DNA of 64,000 bases from Archangium sp. (GTDB lineage Bacteria; Myxococcota; Myxococcia; Myxococcales; Myxococcaceae). This document shows, one piece after another, positions 56,325 through 64,000 of this stretch (its first letter is position 1; every line of letters starts with the position of its first letter). Under the pieces are notes generated by a model. It was given only the letters and a program-made list of their open reading frames with translations, was not told the origin of the DNA and ran no database searches. The position numbers and the translations under genes are program-made. Where the stretch lies: positions 3,873-67,872 of the forward strand of contig NZ_DASUNC010000017.1 of NCBI RefSeq assembly GCF_036277355.1, in the 5' to 3' direction.

Positions 56325-58430
56325 TCAGTGTGCCCCCTCGGCCGCGGTCGTCGTCTTGGCCAACGCCGTCACCGCGGCCTCTCGGACCCGACGGTAGTAG
56401 TCACTCTTGAGCGCGTCCAGTGCATCGGCCTGGGCGCCGGTGCCCATCTTCGTGAGCGCCCCCGCCGCCGCGGCCCGGATCTCCGGCAGATCATGGTACA
56501 GGTCGCGCGCCACCACCTCGGCCGCCGAGGTGTCGCCGATCTCCCCCAGGGCGGTGAGCAGCTCGCGCCGGCCAACGCCCGAGGGCTCCTCCAGCGCCTT
56601 CACCAGCGTGGGCACCGCCTCCTTCGCCTTCAGCCGGCCCAGCAGCGTGGCGGCCAGCACCACCTCGGGGCCGCCGTCGGAGACGACCTTCTGGAGCTCG
56701 CCCGCCGCGGAGGCCGGCGCGCCCGCCTTCACGAGCGCATCGAGCACCACCAGCTTCTCGCCGTGGATCTGCGGCAGCAGCTCCACCAGCGCGGATCGTC
56801 CGGCCTCGCCCTGCTCGGCGAGCGCCTGGGCCAGGGCCTTCACCAGCTCGCGCTCGGCCTCGAACAGGCCGTTCTTGGCGAGCGCCACGCCCTCGGGCCC
56901 CAGCCGCGTCAGGCCCACCAGGGCGGCGGTGCGCACCGTCACGCTGGAGTCACCGGCGAAGCTCTTGAGCAGCTCCAGCGCCCCGGGCGCCTTCACGGAC
57001 CCGAGCGCGCGCAGCAGCCCGGCCAGCGGCTCGAGCTTGCTCGAGTCCACGTCATCGAACAGCTCGGCGGGCGCGCGCTGCTGCACCACGGGCCGGCCCT
57101 GCTCGCGCGCCTTGGCCGCGTTGAGCGCCTTCACGCGGGCCATGAGGCTGGCGTGCTTCTCGCGCTTCGGATTGTCACCGCTCCCCGGCTGGGAGGGATC
57201 GAACCCCGGCCCGTAGCGCTCGGGCAGCTTCAGGGTGACCCAGTCCTGGCGGAGCGCCTGCGCGGCCGCGAGCTCCTGCTCGAAGGCCTTCTGCAGCACG
57301 GGCGCCGCGGAGGACTCCCCGATGGCCGCGGCCGCGTCCACGGCGAGCGCGCGCAGCGTGGCATCGCCCTGGGTGATGTAGGGCAACACCTTGGGGAGCA
57401 GATCCCTGGCCGCGGGGCCGAGGCCGATCACCACCTGCAGTCCGCCCGCGGCGGTGGAGGGACGCGCCAGGCGCTCGACGATGGGCTCCACGGGGCAGCC
57501 GCCGCGCTCGCGCATGGCCCGGGCGACGGGGATGGCCTCACTGGTCTCGGCGTCGAGCGCGATGGAGCACAGCGCGGCATCCGTCTGGGGCTGGCGCGGC
57601 ATGTCGAGCAGGGCGTCGATGGCCAGGGGGCTCACGGAGCTCTTCTCCACCGCCACGGCCTGGAGCCGGGGAATGGCCTGGGGCTCCTGCAGCCGCGTGA
57701 GGGCGGTGATGGCGGACTCGCGCAGCTCGGGGAAGCTCTCGTCGAGCAGGGGCAGGATGGCCTGCACGGCGCGCTTGTCGCCCAGGTCCCCCAGGCCGCG
57801 CACCGCGGCGGCGGCGAGGACGACCTGGCTGTCGCGCACCAGGGGCACCAGCCGGTTGAAGGCATCCGGACGGCCGCTCTTGCCCAGCTCCTCGGCGGCG
57901 CCCACGCGCTCGGGCAGCGAGCCCTCGTTGAGGGTCAGCAGGTTGCGCTCCCAGATGGCCTTGGACTCGGCGGCGACGACCTCGGCCATGGCGCCCGGCA
58001 CGTTGGCCTGCTTGAGGGCCTGGACGATCACCTGGCGCGTCTGACGGCCGCGGCGGCCGTACTGCAGCGTGAGGTAGGCCTTGGCCTTGTCGTTCTTCAC
58101 CTGCGCCAGGGCCATGGCCGCCTGACCCTGCACGTCCACGTCGGAGTCCTCGAGCAGCTCGCCGAGCAGATCCACCACGCGGGGATCCTGGCTCTTGCCG
58201 AGGGCGGAGGCGGCCTCGCCGCGGACGATGGAGGCCATGTCCTTGGCGGCACGGGTGAAGAGGGCCAGGTCGTCGGGACGGGCGTCCTCGGCGAGCTTCT
58301 TCACGGCGAGAGCCCTCACCTCGGGGCGAGGGCTCTGCAGATCCGCGAGGAGCTGATCCCGGCTCCCACTGCACCCGGCGGTGGCGAGAAGGGACAGGAC
58401 GACAAGGAAGGTGCGCGCGCCGGTTCGCAT
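56325..58430 (-). CDS. HEAT-repeat (PBS-lyase-type) lipoprotein
   Basis: Lipobox LLATAGC|SG, then more than 12 HEAT-like repeats (..VR..A..ALG.IGD..A...L..LL.D.). Its stop abuts the downstream start (TGAcATG). Confidence 0.75.
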   Translation of the reverse strand: MRTGARTFLVVLSLLATAGCSGSRDQLLADLQSPRPEVRALAVKKLAEDARPDDLALFTRAAKDMASIVRGEAASALGKSQDPRVVDLLGELLEDSDVDVQGQAAMALAQVKNDKAKAYLTLQYGRRGRQTRQVIVQALKQANVPGAMAEVVAAESKAIWERNLLTLNEGSLPERVGAAEELGKSGRPDAFNRLVPLVRDSQVVLAAAAVRGLGDLGDKRAVQAILPLLDESFPELRESAITALTRLQEPQAIPRLQAVAVEKSSVSPLAIDALLDMPRQPQTDAALCSIALDAETSEAIPVARAMRERGGCPVEPIVERLARPSTAAGGLQVVIGLGPAARDLLPKVLPYITQGDATLRALAVDAAAAIGESSAAPVLQKAFEQELAAAQALRQDWVTLKLPERYGPGFDPSQPGSGDNPKREKHASLMARVKALNAAKAREQGRPVVQQRAPAELFDDVDSSKLEPLAGLLRALGSVKAPGALELLKSFAGDSSVTVRTAALVGLTRLGPEGVALAKNGLFEAERELVKALAQALAEQGEAGRSALVELLPQIHGEKLVVLDALVKAGAPASAAGELQKVVSDGGPEVVLAATLLGRLKAKEAVPTLVKALEEPSGVGRRELLTALGEIGDTSAAEVVARDLYHDLPEIRAAAAGALTKMGTGAQADALDALKSDYYRRVREAAVTALAKTTTAAEGAH

Positions 58431-58498
58431 CGTTCTCCGAGGAGGGAAAGCGTGAGACGCCGGCGGTTATATCAGCGGTGCGCGCGACCGCCCACGAC

Positions 58499-60661
58499 TC
58501 AGCGGCCCTTGCGAGGGCCCCCTCGGCCCCTGGGCGCCCCAGCGCCGCGAGGACCGCCGGCCCCCCGGGGACCACCAGCGCCTCGGGGACCACCGGCACC
58601 CCGGGGACCACCAGCGCCTCGGGGAGCCCGGGAGTTCCACTCGGAGGAGGGACCCGGCTTCTTCGCGCGCCAGTTCACGAAGGACTTCGAGCCCTCGCCA
58701 GCCTCCTCGCCTCCCGGGCGTGCCGCACCGCGGCGCTCCTCACTACCCCGAGGACCCGCGCCGAACGGCTTGCGCGCGGGACGCTCACCGCGCTCCTCGC
58801 CACCGCGAGGCGACCACTCGCGGCGCTCCGGACGGGGCCCACGCGAGGGAACCCGGCGCTCGGCGCTCGGATTCGACGCGAAGGGGCTGCTGCGTTCCGG
58901 ACGGCCACCGGCATCCTCGCCGAAGGACCTGCGCGCGGGACGAGCACCCCGCTCCTCACCACCGCGAGGCGACCACTCCCGGCGCTCCGGCCGGCCACCC
59001 GCGCTCGCGCCGAACGGCTTGCGAGCAGGACGCTCACCGCGCTCCTCACCACCCCGAGGACCCGCGCCAAACGGCTTGCGAGCAGGACGCTCACCGCGCT
59101 CCTCGCCACCGCGAGGCGACCACTCCCGGCGCTCTGGACGGCCACCCGCGCCCGCGCCGAACGGCTTGCGAGCAGGACGCTCAGCGCGCTCCCCACCACC
59201 CCGAGGACCCGCGCCAAACGGCTTGCGAGCAGGACGCTCTCCGCGCTCCTCACCACCCCGAGGCGACCACTCCCGGCGCTCCGGCCGGCCACCCGCGCCC
59301 GCGCCGAAGGACTTCCGGGCAGGACGCTCTCCGCGCTCCTCACCACCCCGAGGACCCGCGCCAAACGGCTTGCGAGCAGGACGCTCACCCCGCTCCTCAC
59401 CACCCCGAGGACCCGCGCCGAACGGCTTGCGCGCAGGACGCTCACTCCGCTCCCCACCACCCCGAGGCGACCACTCCCGGCGCTCCGGACGGGCACCCGC
59501 CCCCGCACCGAACGACTTACGGGCAGGACGCTCACTCCGCTCGCCACGCTCCTCCCGCTCGGGACGGCTGCTCGGAGTCTCCTCGCTCTCGACCTCGTCC
59601 TCGCCGGGCGTCCACGTCCCACGGCGCTCGGCTCCACGGCCCGCCGCGCCACGGAACGCCGGACGGGAACCGCCCTCGCCACGCGGGGCGAACGTCTTGC
59701 GCGCGGGAGCACCCGCCGCGGCTCGCGCCGGACGCTCCGACTTCACACCCTTGCGCTCGGGACGCTCCGTCCGGGCGGCCTCACGGGGCGCGGGCTTCGC
59801 CGCCGCACGCGACCGGGCCGGCGCGGGAGGCGCCTCGTCACCGAAATCATCGTCATCCAGGTCCGCCTCCGCGAAGCCCGGGGCCGAGCGCCCATGGCGC
59901 CGCGGCGGCAACCGCAGCTCGCGCTCCGGCGGCGAGGCCTTCCCGTCCGCCACCTCCTGCAGCATGCGCACCTGGCTCTCCGACAGCGGCCGCAGCTCGC
60001 CCGGGCGCAGGCCCTCGACGGTGATGCCCGCGTAGGAGGGCCGGAACAGCCGCACCACCGGGGCCCCCACCGCGGCGCACAGCCGCTTGATGAGGTGCGG
60101 GCGGCCCTCGGCCACCACCAGCTTCAGCCACGTGTTGCGCTCGGCCTGCTCGAAGACGTCCACGGACAGCGGCGTGGCCATGCCGTCCTCCAGCCGCACG
60201 CCGCCGCGCAGCTTCTCCAGCGTGGCCGCGTCCGGCGAGCCCTTCACCTTCGCCAGGTACGTGCGCGGCACCTGGAAGCTCGGGTGCGTCAGCTTGTGCG
60301 CCAGCGCCCCGTCGTCCGTGACGAGCAGCGCCCCCTCGGCGTCGTAGTCCAGCCGGCCCACCGGGAAGAGCCGCTTGCCGGTCTCCTCGATGTAGTTGGC
60401 CACCGTGGGCCGCCCCTGGGGATCCGAGAGCGTCGTCACGACGCCCACCGGCTTGTAGAGCACGTAGTAGGTGGACTCCTCCGGCGGCGAGACGAGCTTG
60501 CCGTCCACCGTCACCAGGTCTCCCGGGGACACCTTGGAGCCCAGCTCGGTCACCTTCTCGTTGTTCACCGTGACGCGGCCCTCGGTGATGAGTTCTTCCG
60601 CGTGCCGCCGGGAGGCCACGCCCGCGCGGGCCAGGTACTTCTGCAATCGTTCAGACGCCAT
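58499..60661 (-). CDS. rluB: 23S rRNA pseudouridine synthase RluB-type (S4 + RsuA/RluB catalytic domain) with ~390-aa Arg/Gly/Glu-rich repetitive C-terminal tail
   Basis: S4 domain LQKYLARAGVASRRHAEELI; catalytic VGRLDYDAEGALLVTDDG; then ~10 repeats of ERPARKPFGAGPRGGEERG and a terminal (GPRGAG)n. Confidence 0.8.
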   Translation of the reverse strand: MASERLQKYLARAGVASRRHAEELITEGRVTVNNEKVTELGSKVSPGDLVTVDGKLVSPPEESTYYVLYKPVGVVTTLSDPQGRPTVANYIEETGKRLFPVGRLDYDAEGALLVTDDGALAHKLTHPSFQVPRTYLAKVKGSPDAATLEKLRGGVRLEDGMATPLSVDVFEQAERNTWLKLVVAEGRPHLIKRLCAAVGAPVVRLFRPSYAGITVEGLRPGELRPLSESQVRMLQEVADGKASPPERELRLPPRRHGRSAPGFAEADLDDDDFGDEAPPAPARSRAAAKPAPREAARTERPERKGVKSERPARAAAGAPARKTFAPRGEGGSRPAFRGAAGRGAERRGTWTPGEDEVESEETPSSRPEREERGERSERPARKSFGAGAGARPERREWSPRGGGERSERPARKPFGAGPRGGEERGERPARKPFGAGPRGGEERGERPARKSFGAGAGGRPERREWSPRGGEERGERPARKPFGAGPRGGGERAERPARKPFGAGAGGRPERREWSPRGGEERGERPARKPFGAGPRGGEERGERPARKPFGASAGGRPERREWSPRGGEERGARPARRSFGEDAGGRPERSSPFASNPSAERRVPSRGPRPERREWSPRGGEERGERPARKPFGAGPRGSEERRGAARPGGEEAGEGSKSFVNWRAKKPGPSSEWNSRAPRGAGGPRGAGGPRGAGGPRGAGGPRGAGAPRGRGGPRKGR
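58730..59570 (-). repeat. In-frame ~81-bp tandem repeats (~10 copies) encoding the RluB C-terminal tail
   Basis: Repeated DNA unit ...cgctcctcaccaccccgaggacccgcgccaaacggcttgcgagcaggacgctcacc... with minor variants. Confidence 0.6.
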
Positions 60662-60692
60662 TTCCGCCACCTTCCACTTCTTCGTCGACCCG

Positions 60693-61659
<967 letters not shown>

Positions 61660-61679
<20 letters not shown>

Positions 61680-62526
61680 CCACCTCCGTGGGGACCAGCC
61701 GTTCCAGGGCATCCCCGTTGGGCGTGAGCATGATGTCCGCCAGGGGGGCTTCCTGGCTCACCTTGAGCAGCCGCCGCTTCACCATCTCCAGGATGGCCAG
61801 GAAGGTGATCACCAGCTCCTGACGCGTACGATGCTCATCGAACAGACTCTCGAAGGTACACGCTCCCTGGGCCTTCAGGCGCTCGGCGATGCGCAGGATG
61901 GCCTCGGAGATGCTCACCTTCTCGCGCACCACCTCGTGCTGCAGCTTGGGCGTCAGCCGCTCCAGCACCCGGTCGAGCGACTCAATCAGCTTGAGGACGG
62001 AGAACTCCTGCAGGCCCACCTCCTCCTCGGGGATGGGCACGGCCTCCACGGGCACGCGGCGCGGGAACACGTCGCGATCCAGGAGGTCCTGCTTCGCCAG
62101 CTGCTCGGCGGCGTCCTTGTACTTCTGGTACTCGAGCAGGCGGCGCACCAGCTCGGCGCGAGGGTCGGCGGCCTCCTCCTGCTGCAGCTCCGTCACCGCG
62201 TCCGTCGCCTGCTCGGCGGTGTCCTGGCGCGGCAGGAGCATGCGGCTCTTGAGGTGGGCCAGCGTGGCGGCCATCACCAGGAACTCGCCGGCGATGTCGA
62301 GGTTGATCTCCCGCATCTTCTCCAGGTGCTCGAGGTACTTCTCGGTGATGAGCGCCAGGGGGATGTCGAAGATGTCGAGCCGGTGCTCCTTGATGAGGTG
62401 GAGCAGCAGGTCGAGCGGTCCCTCGAAATTGGGCAAGGCAACGCGGAACGCGTCACCCGGACTGCGGGGCACGTCTGCCTCGAGGGTCTCCTCGGTGGGA
62501 GGGGCGCTGCGACGGCCTGCGCTCAC
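61660..62526 (-). CDS. scpA: Segregation and condensation protein A (kleisin)
   Basis: FEGPLDLLLHLIKEHRLDIFDIPLALITEKYLEHL is the canonical ScpA N-terminus. Confidence 0.85.
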
Positions 62527-62544
62527 CAGACGTCCTTCATGCGC

Positions 62545-63558
62545 TCAGGGAACGCCCACGGCGCGGCGGACCCGCTGCATGAGCTGGGAGGCCTCGGCAC
62601 GGGCGCGCTCGGCGCCATCCTGCAGGATACGCTCGAGCTCGGCCGGATCGCGCTTGAGCTCGTCATAGCGCTTGCGGGCCGGGCCGAAGTTCTCGTGGAA
62701 GGCCTCGAGGAGCAGCTTCTTGTACTCGCCGTAGCCCTTGCCGCCCGCGCGCCAGGACGCATCCACCTCCTGGAAGCGCTGCTCGGGGAGCATCAGCTTG
62801 AGCAGATCGTACAAGGGGGCGTTCTCGGTGGGCTTGGGCGCCTCGACGGCCGTGGAGTCCGTCTTGATGCCCATGATGCGCTTCTTGATCTCCTTCTCTT
62901 CTCCGAAGAGCTCGATGGTGTTGCCGTAGGACTTGGACATCTTCTGTCCGTCCACGCCCGGCACCGTGGCGGTGCTCTCCTGGACGCGGGCCTCGGGCAG
63001 CTTGAGGATGCCGGGGGCATGGCCCTTCTCCTTGCCCTCGGGATCCTGGGGGTCGTAGCCCGGCACGTAGGTGAGGTTGAACTTCACGGCCCAGTCGCGG
63101 GCGAACTCGATGTGCTGGATCTGATCCTTGCCCACCGGCACGTAGTCCGGGCTGTAGAGCAGGATGTCGGCGGCCATCAGCACCGGGTAGGCGAAGAGGC
63201 CGAAGTCCGGGCTGATGCCCTTGGCGATCTTGTCCTTGTAGCTGTGAGCGCGCTCGAGGTGGGCGTGGGGCACCACGGTGCCGAGGATCCAGTACAGCTC
63301 GAGCACCTCGCGCACGTCGCTCTGCCGGAAGAGGACGGCCTTCTTCGGATCCAGGCCGAGCGACACGTAGGCCATGGCGGCGTCACGCGTCAGCTCCTCG
63401 GCGAGCTTGGGCTCGCGCACGGTGGTGAGCGCGTGCAGGTTGGCGATGAAGAAGTAGGCCTGGCCCTCGTCCTGGAGCTGCACGAACTGACGGATGGCGC
63501 CGTAGTAGTTGCCGATGTGCAACCGGCCCGACGACTGGACTCCCGAGAGGATCCGCAT
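62545..63558 (-). CDS. trpS: Tryptophan--tRNA ligase
   Basis: RILSGVQSSGRLHIGNYYGA (HIGH) and KMSKS; class I TrpRS. ATG at 63558 with a GGGAG RBS; the track's upstream extension was rejected. Confidence 0.9.
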   Translation of the reverse strand: MRILSGVQSSGRLHIGNYYGAIRQFVQLQDEGQAYFFIANLHALTTVREPKLAEELTRDAAMAYVSLGLDPKKAVLFRQSDVREVLELYWILGTVVPHAHLERAHSYKDKIAKGISPDFGLFAYPVLMAADILLYSPDYVPVGKDQIQHIEFARDWAVKFNLTYVPGYDPQDPEGKEKGHAPGILKLPEARVQESTATVPGVDGQKMSKSYGNTIELFGEEKEIKKRIMGIKTDSTAVEAPKPTENAPLYDLLKLMLPEQRFQEVDASWRAGGKGYGEYKKLLLEAFHENFGPARKRYDELKRDPAELERILQDGAERARAEASQLMQRVRRAVGVP

Positions 63559-63793
63559 GACTCCCACGCCTATACACGAAAGGGGTGACAGCCCTGGTTC
63601 GCACACCCAGGGCGACCCTGCAACTTTCCTGCAAGCCCGTTGCACGGAATGAACTGGCCCGCCCGCTCCCCGAGCAGACCGACTCCTGGAAACTTCTCGG
63701 GAGGCGAGACAAAAGGCCGTGAAATCAAAGGGTTGCCGGGGCTGGCCACCTTCGTTACCCTGCCGTTCCCCCAGCAGGAAGGAAGTCGTCGAC

Positions 63794-64000
63794 ATGGAGC
63801 GTTTCAAGGGGAATCTGGCCAGCTACCGGCTGCAGCTGTTGATGCCCGCGTTCTTCGAGGCACCCGCGGTGGACGGGATGCTGCGCGTGGAGCGGGGTGC
63901 CGTGCGGCGGCACTTCTTCTTCCAACGCGGCGACCTGGTGGGCGAGAGCTCCAGCGAGGCGACGGAGCACCTGGGACAGATGCTGGCGCGGCTGCGGATT
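63794..64000 (+). CDS. DUF4388 (PATAN)-like N-terminal domain protein, 3'-partial
   Basis: RBS GGAAGGAAG, then MERFKGNLASYRLQLLMPAFFEAPAVDGMLRVERGAVRRHFFFQRGDLVGESS matches the DUF4388 pattern (G.L....L.DLL......G.L.......G.I.F..G.I). It runs off the window. Confidence 0.5.
   Translation, partial: MERFKGNLASYRLQLLMPAFFEAPAVDGMLRVERGAVRRHFFFQRGDLVGESSSEATEHLGQMLARLRI

Noticed and set aside
58730-59570. Tandem repeats considered as a CRISPR-like array
   Set aside because: The repeats are in-frame coding repeats of the RluB tail with no unique spacers, and no cas genes are nearby.

Overview
High-GC (~70%) bacterial chromosomal window. It is very likely from a myxobacterium (Myxococcota): two TIGR02265/DUF2378 'Myxococcus paralogous family' proteins, many lipoproteins, RCC1/HEAT/TPR-cNMP proteins, and a Ser/Gly/Arg-rich tailed RluB. 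I call about 48 protein-coding genes. I found no rRNA, tRNA, CRISPR array, transposase or integrase.

Recognisable housekeeping genes:
- partial GT51 peptidoglycan glycosyltransferase at the 5' edge
- MsbA-like ABC exporter
- nth
- BioY
- rtcA
- the trpS-scpA-scpB-rluB block

Most interesting, in rough order:
- Three translationally coupled genes (ATGA stop/start overlaps) encode paralogous ClpA/ClpV-like double-AAA+ ATPases. They carry unrecognised N-terminal domains, two of them have long C-terminal extensions, and a soluble M48 metallopeptidase is transcribed divergently from them.
- rtcA (RNA 3'-phosphate cyclase) is followed by a two-domain protein whose C-terminus is nucleoside 2-deoxyribosyltransferase/TIR-like.
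- A small signal-peptide-bearing 4-Cys peptide gene (49 aa, absent from the ORF track) lies divergent from a TetR gene, with a palindromic operator candidate between them.
- A cluster of P450 + two GMC oxidoreductases (each with a ferredoxin-like CxxCxxCxxxC motif) + an alpha/beta hydrolase.
- An ~300-bp AT-rich island (~35% GC) with GATGTAGG direct repeats sits upstream of an alkaline-ceramidase-family gene.

The ORF track translates GTG/TTG starts as M, so several starts were re-picked. Many long antisense ORFs are high-GC artefacts.
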